The position numbers were made by a program, and so were the translations under genes. The notes beneath the pieces were generated by a model. The model was not told where the DNA came from. It saw nothing but the letters and a program-made list of their open reading frames with translations, and did no database searches. From NCBI GenBank assembly GCA_004764695.1, contig SMSO01000007.1, forward strand, positions 2,301,270-2,365,269: a DNA stretch of 64,000 nucleotides. The letters run 5' to 3'. Shown piece by piece: positions 11,031 through 24,038 of this stretch (the stretch's first letter is position 1; the number at the start of each line of letters is the position of its first letter). The DNA is from Schizochytrium sp. TIO01. Taxonomy: Eukaryota; Protista; Bigyra: Labyrinthulomycetes.

Positions 11031-13079
11031 GGTCACTCTTTGCGCAGACGATTCGTCTTTGAAAAGTGGTCTACGCTGATTGATTGCTGAGTTTGCGAAC
11101 GAATGCAAAGACTTGCCTACCAATTGGAGAAGCCAATCAGATCATACTACTATCCCATATGGTAGTACTAGACGCAGATAATCAATCATACCTACTACCT
11201 ACTGATCCTGGTAGTACCATGCTAGTAGGTATAGTTTATAAATCATGAGCGCCACAGAACGTATTCTAGGTGAGTACCTAGAATATCATGGTAGGCCTAA
11301 TTATAGTCGCACCAGTATTACCAGATTACTATGCCAGCCCAGAGGGAATGCTAGGTAACGACTAGGCATGCCTACATGCTATTTTGAACACCTGGTTTTT
11401 GTTTATTTTCGCCCATGCTCAGTTGCAAAAGACTAGAAAAGCAAATCATAGTAGATCCCAATACTTGTGTAAGAACTAGGTGTACCTCAATACAGCTTTC
11501 AGGCCGGGAAAACAACTTGCTTACTACAGATTAATGTCACGAAGAAATAATTAAACATGAACAAATTTACTTCTTTTTTTTCTTGAAATTCTCCTTCGGT
11601 CTGATCTCTCTCTTGACTTCGGTATTCGGTTTACTATCTGCTAGAAAATACATTTAACCAGAATGCCCCAGTAGGTAGGTATTGCTGTAATCTTTGTTTG
11701 TTCAAGCCAGCCTTGAAACTTGAATTTGAGTTGAGCCTCCGGACGTATAAAAAGTAACTAGTTCTCCCTGTTCAAGGACATTGGAAATCGAAGTAGCTAC
11801 TAGTAGTATCTTACGTAACATCTAAGCTAGTATCAACAATAATTCCAGCAAAGCACAAAAACTGGACCTTTGTAGCACTTATGTTACATAAATAAGGGCC
11901 AGGCTAAGGGGGACTAAGGCGATCGTTGGTTGTCGCTGGCTGAGTTTGGTCGTCTTTTCTTTTGAAGGGCTTCATTGTAGCACATTGTATCGCAAATATC
12001 TGGGTTTAAGGGGCGAACCGAAATTTAAGTTCTCCATGCGTAAGTCTTGAAAGATTCATATTCCTTGGGTGAACTGAAAATGTAAGTTCTCCGGACCTAC
12101 CTAAGTACCTACCTACCTAGTCTAGCCTATCTGTGTTTATTAAGACTGAACACTGGTATCTCACCGTTAATCAAAGCTCGCAAGATACTCTGCTTTTCCA
12201 TAAAGGATTCTCAATTCGACGAAGACATAGCAGGGAACTAGCAAGCGTAGTTCAAGAAAGACTGATTACTTCGCAGATGTCTGATTATCCAATTTGGATC
12301 GTGCCATGAAAGTAAGGAGGGGGAGAAATTGGCAAATGAAGCCAACTACTGAACTGGATGAGATATACAAATGTGTATAATTTTCTCAGATATTTACAGA
12401 AGGCGACATGGCGCCTATCCCATTTGAGTGCAGATCATTCAAAGTCGCATCAGCCTTTATCACTGCCAATACGATTTTAGTCCATGAATGCAGTTATGTT
12501 ATTTCGTATCATTCCGGTGATTGGCTTAGATGATAATTACAAAATCACCGCCACATGGTCTTCAGCTTTTATCTATGAACATACTTAAGCAGATTGTAGT
12601 TGGCTAGTAAAAGTGCAAAGTAGTAAAAGCAAACTACCATAGAATTTGATTCTAATCATCCGGCCACAGGACTCACCACCACTGACATCACAAATTGAAT
12701 TCTAGAGAAACCTTTTAAGGTTCTTCGATCGTCTAGTTTGCTTTCAGGTGAGAGAGCTTGTCCGGAACTAGTCCCGTATCCATTTGTGTTCCTTCTCCAC
12801 CTATCTGTCGAATCTGTTGCATCTAATGTATTTGCTGTATCTGATGAATGTTCGGAGTCAAAACACTCTTCTTCCAATATGTCAAGCTCCAATTAAATAG
12901 ATATCGATCCTTCATATCCTCCTAGCAGCAGAGCCAGAAGGGGAAGACCTCTTGGTTGGAAAGTCACCTCAATCGCACCTCAATCGCAAGGCAGAGTTTC
13001 CTTCAACCAGGGAATGTTTTTATGAACGGGAGATCAAAAAGAAAAAACAGGTAAAGATGCTAGGTGGTAAATTTGAATT

Positions 13080-14589
13080 TTAAAAATTATCATCTGATTC
13101 TTCTAAGTCACTTACATCATCGTGAGCAATACCGTGCGGTCCATCTTCCTCTGAAATTTCTGAAGAATCGTCATCATCATCGTCATCATCGTCAATGAGG
13201 TCTTCATCATTTTCATCTGAAAGGCTGCCAGTAAGCGAGGATTCCCCACTTACATCGCTACCATCATCATCATCATCGCTTACATCACTCACGCCGCTGA
13301 TGTCACTGTCATCGTCATCCATGCGGCTGGCGCGCCGGGCGGGAGGCTGATTGGCACTTCCTCCTCGGTTGGCACTTGATTTACGGCTGTGACGGGATTC
13401 TGGGCGATTCGCATCCCCTGGGTGGGCTCCACTAGCAGCACGATCGTCTTCATCATCGTCATCGTCATCATCATCCTGGAACAAATGCTCATCCTCTTCA
13501 CCACGTAGATCCCTAACTTTATTTTCGATGATGTTTGTTTGAATTCGCTTGCGAGCTCGCTCAGCCTGTTCGCTCTTTTCGCGTTCTCGAAGATTAAAGC
13601 CTTCAAGGCGGTGCTCAAGATAATCGAGGTTGCGAAATTTCTCCATGTAAATTTCATACATTTTTTCCAGTTCGGCCTCAAGCTTCTCGTACTCGTCCAT
13701 GAAAGCAGGCCGAACACTTTGTAAGCTCTTAAGGCGCTTATCGTTGCGTTCAAGCTCACTCTGGCGCTTCTTTATTTTCACCTGCAAGGTCTTCTCATCA
13801 CTGGCTAAATCCTGGCATTGTTTCTCCATAGCGGCGACATTATCCCTAGCAGATGTGAGAAGATCTTCAATTTTTTGTTGAACAAATTTATGTTCTGCCC
13901 CACTGTCGAGATTGTTTGAAATGCTGTCGAGAAATCGCAAACAGCGTTGGCGCTCGCTAGACAGATCGCGTTCGTCATGGAGCAAATCAAAAAGTTTTGC
14001 CCCGCTCTCAGTGATCTGAGAAGCTAGTCGACGTGTTGACTTAACATCTGGAAGGCGGGCATGAAGTTGGTTGTATGCTGCTTCTGTTTCGGGTGTCTCC
14101 TCCATGGTTTTACTCTCAGCTCCATTTGAATCTTCTGTAATAGAAACATTAGCTTGATGAGCTTTGTACAAAATCTTTGCCAATTTGAGTAACTCTTTAA
14201 CAGCTTTACCATCGGCTGAATACAAGCGCTTCGTATTCAACTTTACCGATGCCTTCAAGGCCATCGTTTGCGCGATACTAGAAAGAAAGTCCACTCGACA
14301 ATCCTCTGTACTAATGTCATCCGAAATCGATACAGATGGATCATATCGATGCACCATCCAATAAAGAATGTCCGCAACCAGCGGAAAATTAGGAGTGCGA
14401 AAGTTCTCAACAGAGACCAAGCGAGGGTATCCAAGTACTCTCATATACTCCGTAAAATCTACATTAAAAATAAATCACTCCGACATAATATGAAGAATCA
14501 CAAACGCAAACATGTTAGCAAATCCTTTTGAAAGTCAGCATTCTGAATCCTCAAAATCAAAACTTACCACGGAGCTCACGAAACGACAT
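13080..14589 (-). CDS. CLUAP1: Clusterin-associated protein 1 / IFT38; two exons, 14589-14568 and 14458-13080
   Basis: Splicing out the GTAAG...ATGTAG intron gives [36 protein letters not shown]. Also 'LYSADGKAVKELLK', 'VRPAFMDEYEKLE' and an acidic tail. Confidence 0.95.
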
Positions 14590-15910
14590 AGTTATTTAAG
14601 TATTAGACCAACACCCGCTCCACTTTGATTCTCTCGCAACCGTGTTTGCTTTGTAGATATCTACAGTTGTTTCTTGAGAAACGCTTATGCGGTAGCCAAC
14701 TATCGTGAGTTTGGGCTTTCTCCGACGCGCTGCTTTGACAAAGTTGTACAATCAAGAAGTTCACTCCAGATAAGCTCCACGCTCAGTGTCCTCTCAACGC
14801 TCCTTCTTCCCTATCTATGCGCCAGTCTGAGGTTTCACTACGAGCTCCGCTCCACAGTAGACGACGCTGCTCTTTCGCCACACTCGAATTTGGAATTTGT
14901 TTTTTGACCTTTCGCGTGGTGCCGTCGCTTATGTACTATGCTCGTCACAGGACTGTTAAAGAACTTATACAGGTCCAACAATAGCACAGGCTTCGAAGAA
15001 CGTGTTTCGTGGAATCACCCCTTTCCTGATAGCATGCCTTGATTGTTTGACCCATCTACATTGTCCAGCGCTGTCCCCAAAGAAGCAAGCTTTAAAACCA
15101 GAACAGATGTATTATATATATAGAAAGGGTAATGTTACCGTTTGCTTTTTTAAGTCCTATTAGGTGGTGCCTTTTTAACGAACCTTCAGATATTTAAAAA
15201 AAAAATGAAAAAAGCTCATGGAGCTGTCTATCTCTGGCAGACCATTTTCCCTCTCACTAGCTGGTTAGAGGTGATGATTAAAGGATTTTAGCTTGGGTAA
15301 AAACGCAAGTCAAACAATCGCTCACCATTTTTCATATTTATCTTCTACGTACCGATGTACTTGCGTACTACTGTAGACATCGAGCAAAAATTAATTTAAT
15401 ATTAGGCTTAATAGTTAGATATTTGATTCACAACCATTTTTTAGAATTGTAAATTGCACTGCTTGCTTCGCCAGTTCTGGCTCTGAAGTCCAAATGACTG
15501 TCTGCATAATAGTTGCATAGTTCAAAACTGGAAGTTTCTAAATCATTTGAGTTTTCCACTTGCTTGGTGTGGCAAAGTACGAAAAATGATAAATACCCCT
15601 TTGGTAGTCTCATACCTAGGAGAAGGTAGTGGAAACGCGAGGCATAGTTCATCAGTTGAACTTAAATCTTATTTGGAGGCATGGTATCGCTACCATGACA
15701 TTGAGTAGTACCTCATATCTATCCCTATATTCCTAGATAACATAGGTACGAGATAGTAGCAGGTCTAGTAGGATTTAATATCATATAGGTAAAACTAGAG
15801 ATAGATAGAAATAGATACTACTTATGAAAAAATGAGTGAAACAATTCCTCTTCTTCACGGACGATTGCGTGTGATCGTTCGCTTTCACAGTCGAGAGCGG
15901 GTCGAGCAGG

Positions 15911-18900
15911 ATGGCAGCGGAGGGCGACCGTGTAGAGGTGGCGAATCGTGGCTTTGGTGTGGTTCGCTTCGTTGGTGAAACTCAGTTCGCGCCAGGTGTC
16001 ACCTGGATTGGCGTGGAGCTTGATGCAGCGACTGGCAAGAATGACGGCAGCGTCAACGATGTGCGGGTAAGTTAACTGTTTACTTTGCCATTCACGAAAG
16101 CAAGCATGCTCTTGAGATAAATGAAAAACCCATGCCTGAAGAGTGCAAACCTTCGATAACTAACGGATCACAAATTAACGATGGGTATGTTGCATAAATG
16201 CTTACTGATTTCTACTCGCTTGTTCCATATGGCGACAATGCTTCATTCTCGTAACGTTGCTATGACAATTTATAATAAATCCAATGGTGACTGCTGTTTT
16301 CATTGAAAATGTACAGTACTTTGACTGCGCAACGAATCATGGATGTTTTGTAAAAGAGGATGCAATCTCCAAATTGCCGCCTAGGAGATCAAACTCATCA
16401 ACACCACCTCTGCCATCAGAAGAGAGGGCTTCATCAAGCACGCTTCCTGCTGTAGACACCTCATCCCGCCGCCTTTCCAGTGGCACAAGGACAGTTTCTC
16501 CTGCCTCCACCATTTCTCGAGGCAAGAGCCCTCGCGTGAGCCTGGGTGGAGCTTCTACTTCTGGGGTTTCTTTGCCCGGAGGCATATCTCCATCCTCTTC
16601 TAGTGCTGGAGTTGGCGCTAGTTCAGCTGGGGCAAGTGCGGCCTCTTCTGTGCGACCTGGCCTCAGCAAAATCCAAGCCGCTCGGGAAAAAAAGCGACTG
16701 CTGGCGCAGAGGATTCAACGCAATGCAGCAGCTCCCAAGGGGCCCGAGCAAGGTACAGGCGATGCAGAGGACTCCAGATCGGCCCCGACTCGTACACCAC
16801 CATTGAGTCCACCTGAGGCTTCATCCAATAAACTTCTTCACGTGTCCAGTGAGGTTTCAGCAGCAGGTGTATTGGGAAAAGACTTAAGTGTTTTAGAAGC
16901 ACAAGTATCTGAGTACACAGAACGCATTAAAACTTTGGAAGATAAACTTCGGGAGTCTCAGCAAAATGCTGAGAGTTTGCAGAGCCAATTGCAGTCAGAA
17001 CTTGCTTCGCTCCGGGAAGAATTGGAACAGCGCACTGACGAGCAAGCCAAAGCTGATGCAAGCCTTAGTTCGGAAAAATCGCATCGTGTTGAACTGGAGG
17101 CGACAGTTCGGACCCTGACAAGCCAACTGGAGCGTGCGGAAATGGATGTTGAAGCCAAATCGAAGGCCTCTTCAGCCAAGCAGGATCGAATGTTGGAAAA
17201 GCAAACCAAAGAAATTGAAGAGCTAAATGCTCTTATCGAAACGCTTTCTCTCGACAAGGAGCAACTGGAAATGGATAAGGACATTGCGGAGGAAAAAGCT
17301 ACCGAGCTTGAGCTCGAGCTTGAGCAGATGAAGCTTGACGTTGAGGAGGAAAGACTCCAGTTGGCCGAAGAACGTGATGCAGCGGCCATGGCAGCTGCTA
17401 CAGCAGCAGCTGCAAATGTCCCTGAAGGTGCAGAAGAAATTGCAGCTAAGTTGAGTCGCGTAACAGAAGAGAACGGAAAACTCCGCGATGCTTTGAAGCG
17501 CTTGCACACAGCAAGTACGGCCGAAAAGTCGGAGGCAGCACGCGAGATCCGCTCTCTCACTAAAGAACGTGATAGCCTTGCCCAGAGCAGTGCCCAACTA
17601 GAAAGTGCCACCCAAGCCAAGAAACGTCTTGAGGAAGAGGTTGAAGAACTAAAAATTATGCTTGATACTGCACAAGCATATGAAAGTATGGTCGAAAACC
17701 TATCTGAAAAGAATCTTGAGCTAGCTGATGAAAACGCTGCGCTCAAGGAAGCGAATGAAGAGCTAGAAGAACTGCGTCTTCTTTCTGAAGAAGTTGAACA
17801 ACAACATGCTGATCTTCAGCAACAACTTGAGCGTGACATGGAGAACAATCGCACAGAAATGATCAACGCACAATTGGAGTCTGAAACCCTTCGTCGCGAG
17901 CTTTTGTCTATGGAAGAGTCTATGGAAAAACTGCGCAGCGTTGTAGTTGAAGGACACAAGCGTGAGGGAGGCCTACGCGAAGAACTATCTTCAATTGAAA
18001 GTTTACAGAGACAGCTGCAGCAGGCAAAAGAGAATGCTCGCACAGCTAATCTAGCTTTACTTTCTGAAACCGAGAGTAAGCTGGCACAGACCATTGAAAT
18101 GCATGCTGGACTAGCAGAGGCCCGTCGGTCCTCATTTCAGGCTTCTTGTATGGGTGCTCTGGTGCCTGGGAACATCATGGCTAACGGCAATCTCGTACTT
18201 GAAAGCCTATCCCGCTCAATGCAAGTTGTGGATGCTACAAGCCTAGTTGTCTCCTTAGTCATACGAGCTGGAGCTGCAAAACTCACAACCTGGGATGAGG
18301 ATATAGCACCCAAGTCTACCCAAAATCTTGTGCATGTCTTGCTTGCGGTTCATTCTTGTGCGAGCCACTTGTGGAAGATCTCGCGAACCTCAGGTGCGAC
18401 CTTCGAAGCTTTTGAGGCTGTTGCTTCAGACCTGACCTCTGTATTGCAACAAATGTCTCAAGGAGTGCAACAACTGCTGTCTATTGTTCGCCGTGGCGAT
18501 CGTGGTATTGGACAGCTTGCAGCTGAGGAAGATGCTAACCAAGTGAATGTAGTAGAACGGCTAATGCGTAGTTCATGTGCAACCTATGAAGCTCTTGCGC
18601 AAAAGCTTGTTGACGCTTCCGGGCATGTCATAGAATCATACGCTGCTGGACCCTATCAACTTTTGCGTATGCTTCAGATGAAGTACTTAACAGAAGAGCG
18701 CTCTGAAGAGGATGCACCTGCCTCTGATTCTGTAGTGTTCGACATCATGTCCTGCGCCGCGTCACTGGAGTTTTCCCCGGCCTTGGTTTTGCAAGACAGT
18801 ATACAAACAGATGAGTCGAACTCGTTGAGGGAGCTCTGTGAAGCTGAAGGCCCCAAAGATGACGACCTCATCCGCTCTGTATTAGGACCTTTGCGGGTGA

Positions 18901-20045
18901 GCCTAGAAGAATCAATTCAAAATTTCGACGAAGAAGGTGGTGACTTATCTTCAAAACTTACACCCCCACCTTTGTGGACAGAACATGCTGCAGCGATCGA
19001 GGAAATTCTCAACCAAGCGGCGTCGACACGTTCGGAGCTTGATAATGTAAAGAGTGCTTTGAAACGCCGTGTTTTGGAAGTTCACACAAAAACAGGTGAG
19101 GTGCAAGCCTTGCAAGCAGTGCGAACTGAGATTGAAGAAAAACTTGCTGCCGCACGGGCTGCTCTAAAGGATCAGGATGCTTTGCAAGCTCAATGTGCAA
19201 GTTTGGAGGCGCAGGTTCAGGCAAAGACGCTGGAGGTTGAGCAGGCACTTGCGGTGGCCCGTGAGCAAGCAATTCAAGAGGCAGCTCAAGGGCAAACAAA
19301 CGTCTCAACGTCTGCAGCCCCCAGGGAAGTTACACCAACATCATCACCAGTGAAGAGTACACCCCTTACTTTAGCTCAGGTTGCTGCAGCGGCTGGCCTT
19401 TCTTCTTCGTCATCTATGCGCGCTACTACAAGTACTCCTTCGGGGGAGACCAATTCACCTGGAGATGTTTCGGTTAGCGAAATTGAAGTGGCAGATCCTG
19501 CTTTACTTCAAACTTTACAAGACGAAGTTTCCTTTTGGCGTGGTCGCGCAGTTGAGTCAAAGTTAGCCAAGCTTCAGCCTCTGCATTTTGCGCCGCGCCA
19601 TCGTTATCAGGGTGGTATGCTTCCTCGCGTATCAAAGTCATCAGATTTTCACACTGGAGAAGACACGCTGACGCGCAAGCGTGCATCTGCCTTGGAACGC
19701 GAAGCACTTTTAGCTCAGGCTAGTTTGCGTATTCCTGACATTTCACGAGTACCAGAGACCTCAATTCGTCAGCAAGTTCTTGACTCACAGCTGCGTGCAC
19801 GTACATTAGCTAGAAAGCTTAATGCTCTGCATTTGACACGGACAGTGGCACCAGCAAAGGCTGCAGGAGAGCATATGAATGCCCGTCCACGACAAGTGGG
19901 CCGACTCACAATCTCCGCTAATGAAGGTAGTAGTAGCACCAATGATGCGCCTTCGACATCCATATCCCCAGCACCTGTCAAGCTCCTTCTTTCAGCACAG
20001 CAACTCGATAGCCTCTTTGGACGTATTCCTTTGGCAGCTGCCTAA
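15911..20045 (+). CDS. DCTN1: Dynactin subunit 1 (p150Glued)-like; two exons, 15911-16066 and 16317-20045
   Basis: Exon 1 encodes a CAP-Gly domain ([31 protein letters not shown]), joined across a GTAAG...TACAG intron to YFDC..NHGCFV. A Ser/basic linker and long coiled coil follow, with 'LSLDKEQLE' and '[12 protein letters not shown]'. Confidence 0.88.
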
Positions 20046-20594
20046 ATAGGAGGTCTAACTAGAAGTTGTAGTCAGAAACAACTTGTGTGGAAGGCTGTTA
20101 TTGTGGCTAGCTTGACATACCTGAGCCGACTATAGTCAAATTTTAAAGAACCTAAACCAATTATTGAATATATCATCCATGTTTGTAATTTCTATTATTC
20201 GTACTCGTTCAACACTTCAAACTCAGAAAAGACACTTGAGTCAACTCTTGCATGGCCTTCAACAAATTAGCAATAAAGGAAACTTAGAACTAAGCAATCC
20301 TTTTTTTCTATCAAGTTGTGGAAATTATAAAATAGGTGGGCTTGCAAGACCCTCACCAACGTTTTTCAAATTTATCTATAATTGTCAAGCTAAGGTCATA
20401 TTAATCATCCTCTTCATCAAAAGGAAAACAGGTCTTTGTTACCATACAAGATTAAGGATTCTATGCAATGATAGAACCTATGCATATATTTATATAGGTA
20501 GGAGCAAACTAGGATTATATGTTTTATTTTATATGATGACATTGGTGCCATTTCACAAGTATGATATAAAAAGAAAGGAGTGAAGCGTGCAATA

Positions 20595-22343
20595 TTACTG
20601 ATTGATGGCGCTACCATCTTGGTACGTAAATCCCTTGAATTCAGTTGAGCTGGTATTGATGGCACTGGGAGGCACCACCGAGTCTACAACTGGCTCGCTG
20701 GTGAACTCCGTATCAAAGTTGGAGGTATCCATTGCACCCTTTGTGCGCGGCACAAACTCAGGCTCAATTTCCTTGTTGTAAAGAGCCTCCCAGTTGAGAT
20801 TATGGAAGAATTCTGCAGCCTTGACATCCTCAACATCCTCTGGGCCATAACCAAGACGGTCAACTGGATCGCGCTGAAGGAGGCCAGAGATGATAGTAGC
20901 CGCAGGACGGCTAACGAAAGATGGAATACGAAGCTCGCCAACTTGGATGAGATTATACATCAGGCTGACATTCTCAGAGTAAAACGGTGGAAGACCAACC
21001 AACATCTCAAAGAGGAGAATGCCGAGACTCCACCAATCAACTTCTTTGCCGTGGCCCACACCAGTAATGACCTCCGGGGCAAGGTACTCAGGGGTCCCAC
21101 AAAATGTTTGTGCTTGGGTTCCTTCAGTGTAACGCTTTGAAAGACCGAAATCTGTAAGCTTGATATGGCCATCGGAGTCGAGAAGAATATTTTCTGGCTT
21201 GAGGTCACGGTAAATGATGTTCTTAGAATGGAGGTGTCCAAGACCAAGAGCAATCTCAGCCGTGTAGAATCGTGCGCGACTCTCACGGAAGCGACGGTCA
21301 TTTTTGAGGTGAAAGAAGAGTTCGCCACCGGTGAGATAGTCCATCACAAGGTAGAGCTTACTTTCTGTCTGAAAGGCGAAATGAAGTCCCATAAGAAAGG
21401 GATGCTTAATCTCTTCCAGAATTTCTCGCTCCGCCTTAGTGTGCTCAACCTGGTTTCGCTTGATAATAGCTTCCTTACGAAGCACCTTCATAGCATAAAC
21501 CCTGTTCTTGTCACTATCCCCTTTCTTGCGAACCATCATAACCTTACCAAAGCTTCCACGGCCAATAACTTTGAGAAGTTGAAAGTCTTCTGGGCCGACA
21601 TCGGAAGTCTCCTTGCCCCAACCAGACACGTTACGCTTCTTAATGGCAGGTGCCATTGGGTCCGTGCGAGTATTGGGGTTTCCTCCGGGGATAGTAGTCC
21701 CCCCAACAGGGCTGCTCTTGCCACTGCCACCTTGCAAGCTGCTGCTGCCGCCCCCAGTTCCACGATGCAGGCTGCTAGTGCCACCACTGGAGTTGGACAT
21801 TGTAGATGATCGTCTACCTTGGCGTTTTCCCTTCTTCGCCTGCGAGCGCGTAATGCAGACAGACTTGAGGAGCATAGCTGGTGAGAACTCAACGATAAGC
21901 TCCTCACCCGTACAGGACTGAAACACCTTCTGCAAGACACTCACCACCTCTGCCTTGCGGAGACTCATCATGCGATAGTCATACTCACTCGGTACATGCA
22001 GAACAAACTCATCAGATGCCTGGCTCACGGTGAGGAAATCAACGGCTTCAAGCGGGATGCGACGCTTGCATTTGCTATAATCTGTAGGAAGCAGATTGTA
22101 GATTGCGCGGTCTGTGATGAGCAGAACGCGTTCTTGAGGTTTATCCCGCGGATTGATCTTGACCAGGAAATCGGAGAAGTACACCTGCTCTGCAAATCCA
22201 GTGGTTTTAGTGAACTTGTCCAAGAGCTTGCGCACAGTTGCGTTTTGGCTCACGGCAAGGTAGTCATGGCTTTTACGCTGGTTGAGGACTGAATTGAGAG
22301 GCGGCGTAGATCCAGCACTGCCTTTTGTCTCAGTAGAAAACAT
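20595..22343 (-). CDS. AGC-family (Akt/SGK/S6K-like) Ser/Thr kinase with an N-terminal myosin-I TH1-like (PH-fold) domain
   Basis: Kinase motifs GRGSFGKV, YRDLKPEN, DFGLSK, TFCGTPEYLAPE, NFDTEFT and the hydrophobic motif FKGFTY. The N-terminal 'FSDFLVKINPRDKPQERVLLITDRAIYNL...KRRIPL...DEFVLHVPSEYDY' resembles Myosin_TH1. First ATG is at 22343. Confidence 0.93.
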   Translation of the reverse strand: MFSTETKGSAGSTPPLNSVLNQRKSHDYLAVSQNATVRKLLDKFTKTTGFAEQVYFSDFLVKINPRDKPQERVLLITDRAIYNLLPTDYSKCKRRIPLEAVDFLTVSQASDEFVLHVPSEYDYRMMSLRKAEVVSVLQKVFQSCTGEELIVEFSPAMLLKSVCITRSQAKKGKRQGRRSSTMSNSSGGTSSLHRGTGGGSSSLQGGSGKSSPVGGTTIPGGNPNTRTDPMAPAIKKRNVSGWGKETSDVGPEDFQLLKVIGRGSFGKVMMVRKKGDSDKNRVYAMKVLRKEAIIKRNQVEHTKAEREILEEIKHPFLMGLHFAFQTESKLYLVMDYLTGGELFFHLKNDRRFRESRARFYTAEIALGLGHLHSKNIIYRDLKPENILLDSDGHIKLTDFGLSKRYTEGTQAQTFCGTPEYLAPEVITGVGHGKEVDWWSLGILLFEMLVGLPPFYSENVSLMYNLIQVGELRIPSFVSRPAATIISGLLQRDPVDRLGYGPEDVEDVKAAEFFHNLNWEALYNKEIEPEFVPRTKGAMDTSNFDTEFTSEPVVDSVVPPSAINTSSTEFKGFTYQDGSAINQ

Positions 22344-22422
22344 TCTTTCCAAGTTTTACCTTTAAAGCACAAGGCAACTTCTCTTGTTGGTCCTGCTCTT
22401 ATATTTTATATGATCTTGATAT

Positions 22423-22453
22423 GTTGTTGCTGCTGCTGCCGCCGCCGCCGTTG

Positions 22454-22484
<31 letters not shown>

Positions 22485-22510
22485 CGCTGCCGCTGCCGCT
22501 GCCACTGCTG
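22423..22510. repeat. Compound trinucleotide microsatellite (GTT/GCT/GCC)n upstream of the kinase
   Basis: Runs directly visible in the sequence. Confidence 0.9.
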
Positions 22511-23651
22511 ATAGATTGTTTTGTTGCTGCTGCTGTTGCTGCTACCTTGTTCTGTTGCAGTTTCTGTCGGTATTTCCTCTATACTTGCAACTTCTGCTGC
22601 TTTAGAACAATATATACGCCCTAAGAGGCCGGGACCTTCGCTTTGGCGTGTGCGCACAAGCGAGAGGGCTTAGACTCGTGTGCGATGCTTCGCCACTAGG
22701 CTCTGCTTGGCTTCTCTTTTGCTTCAAGTTTCTTTCGTGCTGCTTTCCTTCTTCTTCCCTCGTCTTGTTTTCAATTAGTACCTTTTCATTCTTAAAAAAA
22801 GTTGACTCGGATATTCATCAACGATAATAGCAAAGTACTATTACCTCTTAGTAAGCAGCACTCATAGAGTGCTAAGAGTAGCTTCCAAATTCTTCTTTTC
22901 TTCTGATGAGTTTTATTCCAACCTATATACTACTACTCGAGTGTTAGCAGTCTAGTAGGAGCACTTTTTACCCCTTCTACCAGGTTTCTTCTAATTTGAT
23001 TTCTTCAAAGTTTCTTCAAAACATATCTATAAGTCTTACTAGTAGAACTGATCGGTGCCTAACTAATTCGTTAGTCCAAGATGAATATCCAAGGAATTGA
23101 AGAGTGTGCGTTCCTCGATCATGTTTCTGAGTCCCTCTCTCGTCTTTTAGGGAGGCTATTGCTTGGCATCGTACGCACCATATGGCACCATATGGTGTAG
23201 TGACCTTCAATCGATTGGCTTTTTGTACCTGCTCCAAGCTTTTCTCACTCCTTCTATATACAGATGCCTTCGCAAACTTCTCTTTCGACACGGCTACAAA
23301 AATCCTGAATCTTCAAGGTTTCTTTCCATCTTACTCTAGTCTAGAGTTTTTATAAAGAGTACTGGTTTGTGATTTTTATTCTTTTGTTTTCATGTTTAAT
23401 ATTACAATAAGAGTATTACTAGTTCCGCAGTACATAATGTCTGAGGTTATTTACAATGATAGAATAATAAAAAATCAATGATTATCATATATACACATAT
23501 GCGTTTGCCGCCTAGTACCCGGTAGTCCTTTTTTCTTTTTCTTTTTTCTTTTACTAAAGCCTAGAAAGGACATTCATTAATACTAAACAGTGCTATTAGA
23601 CCTTCTACAGCTAGCTGTACACGAACGTCATTTACCTTAAAATTATGGATT

Positions 23652-24038
23652 TCAGAACAGCAGATGACTGAGTCTTTGAGTGAAAGGTTGATCCACTTCC
23701 AAGGACCCCCAACTCTGGTTTTCTCATTTTCATTTTAAGCACTTCCTCAGACGTTTGGTATCATCATCTATGACTCTCCAAACCCAATTCTTTGAGTGAG
23801 AGTCTGCTTCTTCTGCCAATTTCTCCTCTTTTGCTCTTCTTTCTTTCCCCAGTCGGTCGCGGCTCTTTGGCGTCACCCTCACAAAATTCTCAAGGTCACT
23901 ATCAGTAGCACTAATAGTAGTAGCATTAGTGCTAGTAACATTGATTGTAGTAGTGGCCAGAGGCAACTCTAACGCGCCTTTAGCCAGCCAATTAGGAAGG
24001 TTCATAGATAAAAACTCAAACCAAAGGACAGAAGTCAA
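23652..24038 (-). pseudogene. Possible decayed BED zinc finger (hAT-type transposase N-terminus)
   Basis: Reading through the stops gives 'SKNWVWRVIDDDTKRLRKCLK*K...TQRLSHLLF*', loosely matching VW..CxxC..HL. Weak. Confidence 0.25.

Noticed and set aside
22406-22657. PolyQ and polyL ORFs (also the polyT ORF at 30272-30499)
   Set aside because: These are translations of microsatellites.
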